Translations under genes and position numbers: made by a program
Notes under the pieces: model-generated
Told to the model about the DNA's origin: nothing
Seen by the model: the letters and a program-made list of their open reading frames with translations, nothing else
The model's database searches: none
In this document: positions 25,403 to 38,499 of the stretch, piece after piece
How positions within the stretch are numbered: position 1 is the stretch's first letter
How the letters are laid out: each line of letters opens with the position of its first letter
Assembly: GCF_001194135.2 (NCBI RefSeq)
Contig: NC_068988.1
Location: 20,732,471-20,796,465, forward strand
Source: Octopus bimaculoides
Lineage: Eukaryota
Direction: 5' to 3'
DNA length: 63,995 nucleotides

Positions 25403-28400
25403 AAAGGATAGCAAGGTGCTTTGTTTCATTTGATATTCCTTGTCCAAAATGTTTCAGGAATGACAAGGACACGGTAATTCCTCTAAAAACCGGGGGGGAA
25501 AAAAAATATGACACATTCACCATTGCAGTGTTAAATACAACAGCTTTGCCGGTTTTATATAACTAATTACACATTTCATAAATAATTCTTATTATGTGAA
25601 GAATGCAAAACTAATTTACAATGTATTGTGTACCTATTTGGGACAAATTCTAATCAACAATAACAGAAATGATTTCTTAATTAGTCAGTGATGCCTTAAG
25701 CAATTAGACGAACCACAGACTGAATATTAGAATTTTTTAATTAACAACTAATGATACAATTCTGGCACAACTATATGATTAGTGAACAATACATAATATA
25801 TATCGAATGCCTTACTGACTTATCGATACTTATACATTGATAAATTTTAGCATCTATTTCAAATTGGTATACAGATATCTTTAGATCATTACGGTATATA
25901 GAAAATATTTTAATGCTTGTCTATCTCAATTCTCTTCAATATTCTAACACATTAAAGGCAAGAAAACCAGTGAGTTCCTTAGATGTTTTCTGGTAAACAC
26001 CAAACCAAACTAAATGAGTGAAATGCATTTTTTAATGACAATTTTAGTTATACATCAGTGAAAAACTGAGAATAAATAGAACCTCTCACTCCCTAACTCT
26101 GGTGACATATCATGTATCAAGTCAGACTGCCAGCCATCAAGAAACCTCATTCATTTCTCTTTTTCCAACCCATAAATTAACCATATGTCCTTTTTTTTTT
26201 ATCTTCCAAACATCAAAGAGCATGTATATAAGGCTGAATAGGGAGGAAAAAAAAAAAAATTCCTTTTTACATTCAGATGTCTTCTGGGTGTTCTTGTCTC
26301 AGTGACCTGCCCATTAACAAACATGAAATGTACAGGAATAACATACACAAACATCAAAGAGTTACTTTTAAGCAGAGTTATCGTAGTTATAAATTCAATT
26401 AGAAATAATTGCTTAAGAACAGTTTACAAATTAATAGTTACTCAGAGTGAATTCAATTTAAATTTTATCTTAAGAGATGAAACAAGATGTGGAAGATTTT
26501 TAAAAAAATAAATAAATATTGTTTGTTAACAAGAAGTCATTATATCATCCATAAAAGGCAACAGGCAGAGTTGTTTTTGTTTTATACCAATTTTAGTAGA
26601 GGCAAGTAACAAGCTCTCAAATTGATTTCAAATACTTTTGTCAAGCAATATTGCATCAAAGTGAACCATTCTTTGATAAGTATAGGTGCAAAAATTTTGC
26701 AAGATAGTTTAAGCAATGATAAAGCTTCTAAAATATGGTTCTGTCAGCATGTTTTACAAAAATAAGCAAGTCTCTTCTTGTAAGCAAAAATATACAATTC
26801 TTCTAGTACAGGCCAAGGTCTCAAAATTATTTCTTTGGTGGTAATCAAGGCTTATAGATGTTAGTTAGTGTGGCCCAACTGTTGGAGTAATTAATCTCTC
26901 TTAGAAAAAGCAGAAGGTTTAATAAATCCTAGAAGCTGAGAGCTGTTCAGTTAATAAGTGAGGTGTGATAACGAAAAAAAAAAAATCTGGTGGTGCATGT
27001 TGCAAACCACATCATTTACTCAAAATGGGTAACAAAAATTTGATCATTCGTTTCATGCATGGAGACTGGACAAAAGCCACTTGAGCTAGCAAAAACATGG
27101 GAACAATGCATCAAAACCCTGCTGAGAGGAGAAAAATTGGAAAGCATCAGTAATCAAAGTGGAGTTCATGCTGAAGCTGGTTTACTTACCAACAGCAACA
27201 GCGATAAAAAACCTTTAATAAGGAAGAATGTCTTGTGAACAAGATTACTGAATGACCATTTCTAATAGACTACAAAAGACATGCAACACTTTGATAATGC
27301 TAGTTTGAAAGAATAGGACAGCAAATTGAAGATTCTAAAATTAGATTTAAGAAAGAAGAAGAAAAAAAGAGAAGAATCTAAAATAAAACCTTCTACTGAT
27401 ATTAGTATCAATATAAACTAATTTCAGAAATTGTCTTGAAATAGTATAAAGGGAAGTAGGGAATAGGAAACCACTTAGAGAAATATCACCATTTTTGAAA
27501 CAGTATACTGAATTATTCTTGCTGCCAGTAACGAAGACAAACAGGAATATATTATATTATATAAAATTGGAACAAGTTATCAGAAACTTGAGTCAATTTG
27601 TATCAACATAGATAGCTTTTTCTAAATATAACTGAAATTTGGACAGAAATTTTTAGCATTCTGCATAGTACGAGAAACAAGTTGGCATTAGGAAAAAGTA
27701 AAAAATGTTATTTTTGTTCCTTCATTTCTGTATATTAGAAGATTAGAGATGTTTTCTCATTCTAAAATACAAATTATTCAATGAGATATACTGCCAGAAG
27801 AAGAAGTGTCTTGTTGGTCAAATTAATATTTCTGTTTTAAATTAGAACATCTCAAAGTGTTACTGAATTATGAGGAAGTAAAATATAACAGGCACTTCAA
27901 CAAAGAGATGTTAAATTAACATGGAATTACATTATAATAAACTGACAATGTAAAGCAGATGGAAATTTTGAATGACTTTTGCAGTGAAAGAATATGAAAG
28001 ACTTTTAGAACACATGATACCAGTGATGCATGAAGTAATATACAAATATGTCGGTGAACAATACAGATTTCAAAGGAATGACAAAGAAGAAAAGGAAATT
28101 GGAAGATGTTAGCCAATTCAAGAACAAGAATACCACACGAATTTGTAGCTATTTTTAACAACCATTTAAGAATTTTGTCTTGTTTCCTGCAAATCAGCTT
28201 CATTATAAGTTCAAATGACAGACAGTTTCATACAGATGTCCCAAGAAAAGAGTGTAAAGAATACCTTGATTTTATATTGCTTTAAAAAAAAAAACTATAA
28301 AAAAAAACAAAGCTTGTGAGTTGGTTCCTTGTTACATTTTAATAGTTCTATGGAAAGTAGAAGAGAGATCTAATACACAAACCTTATTTGATGCCTGTTT

Positions 28401-31400
28401 GTTTGTTTTATTTTTCTCAAAGAGCTAATGAAATTCTAACCTATTAAGAAATACATACCAACTAACTAATAACCCTACATGCCGACAATAGAGCCTCAAT
28501 GTAGCTGCTCACTTTGTGAAAAATAGCATTACATCTCCTTTGAATTGAAAGCCAGCTCAATTTCAGGGATGACTTGGGGCTGAACAACAACAAATAACTC
28601 CAGAACATTTAGCCAATGAAAAAAAAAAAAACTTATAGTAGCTTTAAAAAATTGAACTCTAGTTTATGTGGCCTCAGATATTTTATCTTTGTTCTTATGT
28701 TACTGACCTAGCTGAAACACATACCAAATTTAAAGCCAGTAACTTCTTGAATTGCAAAAACAAAAACAGAAGAGAAGAAAAATTGAATATCATAGCTGTC
28801 TGCCTAAATTTGAGTTTTATAATGTTGATACTAGGAAGAAATGTATTATGAATAATCCAAACTGAAATGGAAGTGAATGTCTTAACCAGTTTGCATCACA
28901 CTTGAACTTGGTGATACAAAGAAAACTATTGGAAACAATTATTAGATAAAGCAAAACATCATAGAAGGAAACTGGAAATCCTTATATGTAGCACACGTGT
29001 GTGCAAGAATTTCTCATATCAGAAGTTCTTCATAATATTCCACTGGGTGCAGTAGCATTTTTTAAATAGTGGCTATATAGTTCCTCTCTGCTAAGCAAAG
29101 GTAAATGTAATAATGTAATTGTTAATTGAAGGTGAAATATCTCAGAAAAGCATTTTCGATGCTGGAAAACCCACCACAGCCCAGCTTAGAAAAAAAAAAG
29201 AAGAAAAAAAAGGGAAATTGCCTTTTCTAACAAAACATAGAAGCATAGCCATAATTTTTTAAGTGAGGAACAGTTGACTAAATCATGTCATTTAAATGAC
29301 CCCTGAAGAATAAAAGTTTGAATTAGCCCCAACAGGATTGAAACTGAAACAGAAAGGGATTTGACGATATATCAGCCAAGTATTTTGTCTGATACTCTAC
29401 AAATTACACCAATCAACAACCAAAATAAATAACATTTGATAGTAAATATAATTTAACATCAAGAGTAGAAAAATTTGAGTGATAGCAAAGAAATTCTGTT
29501 AAAAAAAAACTATAAGAAAAAATAAAAAAAGTTATAAGATAATTCTGTCATCTACCTTATAATATAATGTACCGTTTGCTGTTATCGCTATCAGAGGGCA
29601 TCATTCATAGTGCAATAACAAATATGCTGGTAATGCAGCTAAGCAAATAGAAAGCCTAACATGTGAAAAGATAAGGGTAGTAACATGTTGTCATATTATT
29701 ACACTGATATACGTACACGCCCACACACATTTTCTCTTTTTAACAAGTAAAAGATTATTATAAGATGTGTACGATAACAAGAAAGGAAGCTAAATTTATT
29801 ACTACATGAACAAATAAAATAAAAGATACAATGGTTAAATTGCTTTAATAGCTGCTGTGAGATAATATATATCAAGATGTCTCGAGTTGAAAACTAAATT
29901 ATTTTTTTAAAATTTTCCTTTAGGCATTTCAGGTTTGTGGATCTTATTTTGAAATGTTACTACTACAGTTACATAACAATTTTCTACATTTCAAGATTTC
30001 AAAAATCATTCTCACAACTCAGTTTGGATTAAATATAGTGATGATAATTGAGACTTTGTAAAAATAATCTTTGATATCAACTGGACATACAGAATTTGTT
30101 ATGAGACAACCAGTTCCAAAGAAAACCAAGGTAGGTTTTCATTGGTACTGTCTAACAAACCAAGGCCAGATGAGCCAATGAAGAAAGCCTTTACATGATC
30201 ACTTGACCTGCAAGAAATGGTAGCGAAACTTTTTCAGATCATCTTAAAAACAGGATGGACACATTGTATAATGTAGTCCTGCCTACACAAAAAGATGGTA
30301 TGGCCGGAACATCTTTGATCGTAAGTCAACTCAATCATTAAAACCAAATATTAACCCAAAGGTGAAAATGAAACAGAAGATAAACCCAAATTAAATGTGA
30401 ATGTTTTGGAAAACTGTTGTAGGGTTAAAAAAAAAAACGGTAAGATCTTTAATTCAAAAACCTTGATGGAAAATGTTTAAACACACACACACACACATTG
30501 ATATTTCCTGGTATTTTGTTGCTTGAATATGTGCATAGATGGCAGAAACTTGGATCAGTGATAGAACGAATCACTACAGATTTTATGTCCTCAAAAAGAC
30601 AGGACTTAAAGAGACCTTCAACCCTAAAATTATCTCTGTTTTTTTTGCCAAACACTTCAGAGTCTATTTAAAGCATTTTATCATGGCATTATCATGAGTG
30701 AGGTTGCCTTGTGCCTTGCAAGACAAAAAAAAAAAAGTTTTCACCGTTCTATGATGTCTCCGTTTCTTCATTCAGGATATAGTGACCAATTGAGTAGGTA
30801 GGATAGAGAGTTACAGCAAAGTGGGAAGAAACAAGAGTAAGGCAGAGCAAACAGAGCTATTGGAGCGACAGTGAGGAAGAAAGGAGAAATGAGAGAGAGA
30901 GAGAGAGGGAGAGAGAGAGAGAGAGTGCTAGAATGGGTAATGAAGAGGAAAAGTAATGGTAGGGATGTAAAGCAAGCTGATAACATCAGAAAGGTTATGT
31001 TAAACTAGTTCATCCACAGGTGCTAACAAATAAACCAGTACTGAACAAGAGAAAACAATGTAGGCAACAGACACATTACATTCTGCAGTTTTTGCTAACT
31101 GGGAAGCTTTTTTATATGCATAGATTCAACAATAAGTGGACCATTATGCAACTACAGTGTAAGCATTTTCTATCAAAGATAAGAATAATCCATTGTAGAA
31201 TCACTGGAAAATGTCATGGAACAAAACCACTGAACCATTCTTGAAGAGTGCTGAACATACTGACGTAACGAAAACAATATAAATGATATTACATTTATCA
31301 ATAAACAACACAAAGTAGAAGCTCCTAGTGTGGGGGAAGGGGCGGTGCCATGTGTATACGTAAACACAATGTACATAAATTATGGTCTTAATGAGGAGCC

Positions 31401-32087
31401 TCTATATGGTTACACAACCTGCTAGAAACAGCAGCCATATCTCACCAAATTAAAACTCTAGTGTCTCGAAAAGAGAAGGATATGTTGTATAATGTAGTCA
31501 TTGATTCACAATAGCCAAGAGAAGGACAGGTGACTGCAACCGGAATGCCTTCAATCTAGTTAAAGGTGATCTGAGTGTAAACTACAACAACTACACTTAT
31601 GGAACAAACACGATATTCTTTACAGTAGCATGTTCCAGATAAAATACAATATAATCTCTGTTCTACTTGATACAAGATCAAAGACTAATTTAATTGCCAA
31701 GGTAACAACATTCTATGCAATTTAGAAGTAATTTATTCCATTTCATAGGTTGACAATGCCATATTGCCTACAAAACATTCAGAATGCCAAAATGTATCCA
31801 GAGTATCATAAGTTACTGGAGTTTTCTTGTTAAATATCATGACATTTCTATAGTTTTATACCATCCTGGGTCAGTGAAAGCCAGTAAACCTTTTATATTC
31901 ACTCCACCAGCTTCTTTTGGTTCCTGAATATATGTTTGCCAATATTAACTTTTTTGTTAATTTTCTAGGAAATATGATATTACTCTGGATGAGCGAAGCA
32001 AATTGCGTGTATAGGTGCATATGTGTCTGCACAGTAGTAATGCCTTAATGTGCAACTGATCATTGGATTCACACATATGCTGGTTCT

Positions 32088-32472
32088 GTTGTTGGCACTC
32101 CGTCGCTTACGACGTCGAGGGTTCCAGTTGATCCAATTAACGGAACAGCCTGCTTGTGAAAGTAACGTGTAAGTGGCTGAGCCCTCCACAGACACGTGTA
32201 TCCTCAACGTAGTTCTCGGGGGATATTCAGCGTGACACAGTGTGACAAGGCTGACCTTTTGAATTACAGGCACAACAGAAACAGGAAGTAAGAGTGAGAG
32301 AAAGTTGTGGTGAAAGACTACAGCAGGGTTCGCCACCATCCCCTGCCGGAGCCTCGTGGAGCTTTAGGTGTTTTCGCTCAATAAACACTCACAACGCCCG
32401 ATCTGGGAATCGAAACCGCGATCCTATGACCACGAGTCCACTGCCCTAACCACTGGGCCATTGCGCCTCCAC
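32088..32472 (-). mobile_element. SINE family D (tRNA-derived head), full length, 11-bp TSD ATGCTGGTTCT
   Basis: Head GTGGAGGCGCAATGGCCCAGTGGTTAGGGCAG...GGTTTCGATTCCC (A and B boxes), tail (CAA)n; TSD at 32077-32087 and 32473-32483. Confidence 0.9.
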
Positions 32473-32619
32473 ATGCTGGTTCTACATTGGTTTATTAAAC
32501 CTCAAGGTACCAAAACCTATCCATTTTGCAAACCAAGAGTGAAAGTACTGAAAACAGTTGTAGCAACGACAGCAATGGTAACGATAATGACTACTATAAT
32601 TGTTTCTAATATCAATACA

Positions 32620-33147
32620 AAGCCAGAAATTTTGGCAGAGAAGTTAACTGGTTAAATTGATCCCAGTACTTGACACATGCATTGTATTTTGTTGACCCTA
32701 AAATGGTGAAAGGCAAGGTTGGCTCCAGCAAGATTCAAACACGGGGTGTAAAGAGCAAGAACAAATGCTGGAAAGCATTTTGTCTGCTATAGTGCCAATC
32801 CATCACTCTACCAATAATAATAATAGTCATTTCTACTGGAAGCACAAGGGGGAAGGGATTAAGTCGATTACAACGACCTCAGTGCATAGCTAGTACTTAT
32901 TTAATCGACCCCACCAAAAGGATGAAAGGCAAAGTTGACCCCGGCGGAATTTGAACACAGAACGTAGTGGCAGACGAAATACCACTAAGCATTTCGCCCA
33001 GCATGTTAACGATTCTGGCAGCTTGCCGCCTTAACAATAATAATAATAATTAATAATAATAATAATAATACAGGATGCTGGGTGTGTCTCAGGAAGTGAC
33101 TGTAATAAGCATGCAGATTAAAAGTAAAAAATGACAATAATATTAAT

Positions 33148-33182
<35 letters not shown>

Positions 33183-33394
33183 TGATTTCAAATTTTTGCC
33201 ACAAGGGCAGCTTGTGGGAGGGGATTAAGTCAATGACATCAACCCTAGTGTTTCACTGGTACTTAATTTACAAACCCCAAAAGGATGAAAGGCAAAGCTA
33301 ACTTTGGCAAAATTTGAACTCAGAATGTAGCAATGGGTGAAATACTGCTAAGCATTTCATTCAGTGTGCTAACGGTTCTGCCAGCTCACTGCCT
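32620..33394 (-). mobile_element. Tandem cluster of about 3 family B SINEs separated by (AAT)n
   Basis: Repeated aaggatgaaaggcaaag.../tttgaac.cagaa motifs. Confidence 0.75.
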
Positions 33395-33410
33395 AATAAT
33401 AATAATGATA

Positions 33411-33456
<46 letters not shown>

Positions 33457-33458
<2 letters not shown>

Positions 33459-33811
33459 TATCAATACCAGCAGATGACAACGTTTCTCTAAAAGAAATGG
33501 AAAAACTTTCAAAATACAAAGACCTGGAAACAGAGGTAACTCGAATGTGGAATCTAAAAACAGAAACAATTCCTATCATAGTAGGTGCCTTAGGTATAAT
33601 AAAAAAATATTCAGACAAATACATAACAAAAACACCAGGACTTACAAATATATATAACATACAGAAAACTGCACTACTGGGCACTGCACACATCCTACGC
33701 AAAACACTTTCAATACAGTAAACATAAGAGCACCACAGCACATACCCAAGGCGCACAGAGCTGCGCTCGGTAGTGAAGTGAAAGCACGTTATAAAAATAA
33801 AACTACTGAAC
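33457..33811 (+). mobile_element. R4/Dong-like RLE non-LTR retrotransposon 3' end (element E), flanked by (AAT)n on both sides
   Basis: VSIPADDNVSLKEMEKLSKYKDLETEVTRMWNLKTETIPIIVGALG...QKTALLGTAHILRKTL matches the restriction-like endonuclease C-terminus (KE.EK..KY.DL, PI.VGALG). Confidence 0.85.
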
Positions 33812-33844
<33 letters not shown>

Positions 33845-33957
33845 CATAATAAAAAGAACAGATAGCATGGTGCTGTAGGCAGCAAGCCCACTATGCATGC
33901 AAGACTCCAAGAGTTACAACAAAAACCTGAGATAAAAAGAATAATAATAACAATAAT

Positions 33958-34511
33958 AAATGCGCTGATGAAGTACCAGGCACTGGCTCTCGTGGCTTCT
34001 GATCTTAACTGATTAGAAGTGTTATCATATCCATGTTTTGTCTTGGTATAAAAAGATGGGCTACAGCAAATATTCTGCTGAATACCACAGAATTGCTTGT
34101 CTGTTGTTTGACCTTAACCAGTTGAGCATATCTCTTGGTGGCTGATGATATGTGCATCTCTGATCACAAGGAGTAGTAGGGGAGCATCATAGCAATGTAT
34201 TGAAAAGAATTCTTTGGGGTTTGGATAATTCACCTCTGGAAACATAGGTGTTACGTTCAACATCCTTAAACAACCCTTATTCAGGGACCTTTTGAGTGGG
34301 ATGGGTTACTTGACCTGAAGAAAATTCTATCCAGGCTAAAACTGTAGGACATACACTTTTTAACTTGATATGAGATCACCATGTTGCACACATATGGTTG
34401 TGGTGCACGTGCCTGGTATACTCGTATCAGACAGGTAGTTATGATAGGTGTGTTGGGTTTCATATATTCAGACTCCAGTGTCACTTTGATAGCATGCACT
34501 GCACTCTCTCA
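33958..34511 (+). mobile_element. Non-coding ~550-bp element F embedded in (AAT)n
   Basis: Homologous along its length to 52371-52911; ends ccagtgtcactttgatagcatgcactgcactctctc-AATAAT. Confidence 0.75.
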
Positions 34512-34562
34512 AAAATAATAATCATCATCATCATCATCATCGTTTNNNNNNNNNNAATAATA

Positions 34563-34599
<37 letters not shown>

Positions 34600-34699
34600 C
34601 TTTTGCTTGCCACAGGGAGTGTTGGATGAAGGAGACATTACAAAGGCAGATGACATAAGCCTCAGGATTTATATAAAACAGGATTAGAGGGAGAAAACA

Positions 34700-35450
34700 G
34701 CAAATGAGATAAAAATCTATATATCACGCAAATATATACATGGATGATACAGTCCTCTTGATTCAACGAGGTCCAGTTGGAACCCTGCCAGGTTCAAGAT
34801 TGCCTTACTGCCAGAACATCAAAAGTAGGTACACCCACCAAAGCATTGTTCTCCAACCCACAGGCACATACTTAGATTAGTTCCGTCAACTCTTACCATT
34901 TTCACCAGTCATCTGCCTTTTGGCAAATTCAATGGAGAAAAACACTTCCGTTTCCATCATCACCTTCCTTTCTATGTTTAACTTGAAAAATCTCAATGAG
35001 GGTTTGACCGAAGAGTTAAGTGTCTATTCTCAGTCTTTGACCTCAACCACCAGACAATCTCTTTTGTCATTGCAATTTGACAGAGAAAAACTGCTTGTTT
35101 GACCCAGTTAAGGCTGGCAGAATGATAATTAAGATGAAATCAGCTAATAGTTGGATCCATCCCACATACAACAACAGCTGTTCCTCACAAGGCAACAAAT
35201 CAGCAATGCCTGAACGTTGAATGAGTGTTAGCAGAATGGTTTCATCGTTCAACAAGCATCCTAAGTGATCCCATCTGATGGCACAATTATACATGTAAAG
35301 TTAATCATGAACCGATAACACCCCTCCATAACACTACCAGTATCAAAATTTCTAGTCATTATCTATAGTAGTCCCTGATCCCAAAGTCTTCCAGAACTGA
35401 CCTGGCATCTCATCGTCTTACAAACTAGTGTTTCCTTGAGAATGTTGTTG
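34700..35450 (-). mobile_element. Decayed L1/Tx1-like LINE 3' region
   Basis: Minus-strand remnants NDETILLTLIQRSGIADLLPCEEQLLLYVGWIQL and FFKLNIERKVMMETEVFFSIEFAKR resemble a Tx1 ORF2 C-terminus (recalled, not searched). Confidence 0.5.
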
Positions 35451-35484
35451 CTGTTTCTCAACACTAGCCCTCTATATATTACTA

Positions 35485-35543
<59 letters not shown>

Positions 35544-35557
35544 AATCACATTCTACA

Positions 35558-35720
35558 CTCTTGGAGTGGTTGGTGTTAGGAAGGGCATCCAGCTATGGAA
35601 ACTCTGCCAAATCAGATTGGAGCCTGGTGTAACCATCTGGTTCACCAGTCCTCAGTCAAATCGTCCAACCCATGCTAGCATGGAAAGCAGATGTTAAATG
35701 ATGATGATGATGATGATGAT
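35558..35720 (+). mobile_element. Family C element, 5'-truncated
   Basis: gagtggttggtgttaggaagggcatccagc...catggaaagcagatgttaaatgatgatg. Confidence 0.8.
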
Positions 35721-35939
35721 TACTTGAGAGGCATAGGATGGTGAATATATGACAATATTCCAAGACACATGGTTACAAATATTGATAGATAGGTAAAGTC
35801 AATAATAGTAATAACAATATCTAACTAGGACCGATTTTAAAAATCATATGTGTATACACATGCATACATGTGTGCGTAAATGCATGTACATTTGTGTTAG
35901 AGATTATATTTAAGCATATCCAAAATGTGCTGGCTTGCA

Positions 35940-36400
35940 CCTTTTCAGTTGTCCATTGAAATCTGATGGTTGGACAGTCAGATTTGTGATCCACAAGCTG
36001 GACCCATTGCAGTTAGGTGTGGTCATAATGATGTGGAAACCAAGGTGCCATCTCTTGGCTCTCTCTCACACTGTTTTCTGATTGCCTTCTCCATCACCCT
36101 CTAGCCCCACTGCTGCCAAGTGATATATTCAGTAGCAACATCCTCAAACTCCTTGAGCCTGATCTTGGACTTCCTCCCAACACAGTTCATATGATCCTTA
36201 TTAAAACTTCTTTGGTTCTTTAGCTGAGTGTTGCTCATAATGTTCTTTGCAAGTATTTGAGTGTGACACACACAATCAAGCCAGGTAACTCACAAAAACA
36301 TTGGAGGTAGCTCATGTGAAAGTACAAGGATTTAGCATGATTGTAGACTACCCAAGCTTCACAGCTACAAAGAATGGTGATGATACAAGTCATTTGTCAT
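35940..36400 (-). mobile_element. Probable decayed RTE LINE 3' end
   Basis: Weak similarity to the RTE terminal region (KD....I....E..A.....W; C..CN); heavily mutated. Confidence 0.35.
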
Positions 36401-36404
36401 ACAA

Positions 36405-36540
36405 TGACCCTTGAGAAGGAATAAGGCTCTAGTGACCCTTCAGAAGGAATAAAGCTCTAGTGACCCTTCAGAAGGAATAAAACTCTAGTGACCTTTCAGA
36501 AGGAATAAAGCTCTAGTGACCCTTCAGAAGGAATAAAGCC
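36405..36540. repeat. 28-bp minisatellite, about 4.9 units (TGACCCTTCAGAAGGAATAAAGCTCTAG)
   Basis: Units start at 36405, 36433, 36461, 36489 and 36517; no spacers. Confidence 0.95.
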
Positions 36541-36596
36541 TCTTGTTCTAAAAGGTTGTGTGCCAAAGCCGCTAAAGGTTGCCTATGCTTGTTTAA

Positions 36597-36819
36597 CCTA
36601 TTTGTAACCATACTTCTGTAAAAACTACACTGTCTTCGTTTCAATTAATTATGAAAATAACAAAGAATTTATTAGAATAATTTTGTCATTATTAAGCTGG
36701 TGTTTGGAACATAAATTAGGGTGAAGATTTGAGGGAAGGTTTTAATCTAAATCGCTTTAAAACATGAAGTTTATACCATAGAACCAAAGGCAATCTCAAA
36801 CAATTTGGTATGAAAAGGG
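36597..36819. mobile_element. Second piggyBac-like MITE family (TTAA TSD)
   Basis: TTAA|CCTATTTGTAACCA ... TGGTATGAAAAGGG|TTAA. Confidence 0.6.
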
Positions 36820-36872
36820 TTAATATGGAACAGGATTTCATCAATGCTGTCATAAACACACACACACACACA

Positions 36873-36903
<31 letters not shown>

Positions 36904-37476
36904 TTTTAACAGCAATATAGAACGAATGTTATCTCCACCTTACCACTGTCTCCCACCAACACTATTGTATATGGATCACCACCAGATTAATTTCACAATC
37001 CCAAAAGTATGACAATATTTTCTCATATAGCAAAGTAGTATTCATACCATTTGGCTAAAGGAGGATTATCCAAGGATTATCAATGTTGAGTAACAGTATA
37101 ATCCAAGAAATCACAAGACCAACCTCAGGGAACCAACTTATTTATTTATTTATTTATTTATTTATTCACACTGCTGCAGAATATTTAGTGAAGTAAATTA
37201 AAAACAGGTATATTGTATCCCAAATTAAAACACCGTTCTTGTAATAAACTGAACACAATACAACCATTTCACCGTATGTCAACAATATATATGCAACAAA
37301 CTATGAATTTTTTTTTTAGCACTGATATATATATAATCATTATAAATATTTGATTGAATCACTAGAAAAGGTTAATTTAATCAAAACACCTTGGATATTT
37401 AGAATTAACACTCCATTTTGCTTAAGTTCAAGGTAATAGTTATCATTTATAAACAGAAGCGTCCTTGCCCGTTTAA

Positions 37477-37690
37477 CTCTTTTGCATTCAGGTTACTCTG
37501 TCAAACACAATGCTCATTTATTCACACTGCTTTGAACTAATCATACATTATCTTAGCTTCAAGATTTCAATGATGTGACTGTATATTTTTTAAATGACAT
37601 TGTAGGGTAGTTATGAGAGGCCAAATCTGGTTGCTTTCAACATAAAACTGGTAGAATATTTGGCCTGGATATGGCCAGTTTAAATGCTAT
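37477..37690. mobile_element. Same piggyBac-like MITE, reverse orientation
   Basis: TTAA|CTCTTTTGCATTCAG...aatgacattgtagggtag...tttaaatgct. Confidence 0.7.
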
Positions 37691-38499
37691 GTCCAATTTA
37701 ATGGCATGTTTCAGAAAAGCTGAAGATGTTTGTTGTAAAGTAATATTAGACCAATTCAGGATAGAGAAGAGAAACAGGATCAGATTTGGTTCTGTTTCTC
37801 TTTTCTGTCTCTTAATTAGTACATGTAATGTCTGTATATCAGCTTACGCAGAAAATCTTAGTTTATTCAATCATAAATTCAAGATATTAATGTTTACAGT
37901 GAATAAACATATGTTAATAAACTGCCCACTATTACTAGAAAATTGTTTTCTTCATCACATTGAGTTTTAGCAAGTGATCAAAAATATAGCGACTAGTAAA
38001 AACAGGCAAAGGCAGGAATAAACCATAAGTAGATATAAAGAGAGAAAAAAAAGCATAGAAATAACAAAAGGTCAAGAGGTCAAACCACTTATTTCTTCTA
38101 CAGAATTATGTAACTCACCACAAGACTGCCATGACAGATTCAGAGACATTCAAAATCAACATTAAAGAAGCAGAATGAGTTACACAAAATCATTTCCTTA
38201 TATAAACTTAAAGAAATTCTAAATCCAAATACATATTAGAAAGGAATGGATTCTCTTGATACAATCTATTACATTGTGTGTGCATAATATTTTAAATCAT
38301 TCATATGAGAGAGGATCAGTAAACATTTCTGGGGTGAACATATTTACAGGAAACTTTGGGTTATGGAACTATGAAACTGACATTGTAAATACCTTAGCAT
38401 GTGTACTGATGCAGGGGCCATAGAAAGATAAACACATGAATAAAACACACACACTAGGGTTACTTAAGCTAATTAGACAGAAGTTCAGAACTTGATAGT

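Noticed and set aside
26700-28250. Possible ancient LINE (GG.FN-, DH- and YKY.G-like words)
   Set aside because: Motifs are too degenerate to support a call without an HMM search.
33960-34030. CTGATGA at the start of element F as a possible hammerhead
   Set aside because: No stem II/GAAA partner, and the second F copy reads CTGATGC.
36405-36540. CRISPR-like array (28-bp palindromic repeats)
   Set aside because: Units are directly adjacent with no unique spacers, there are no cas genes, and the context is eukaryotic.
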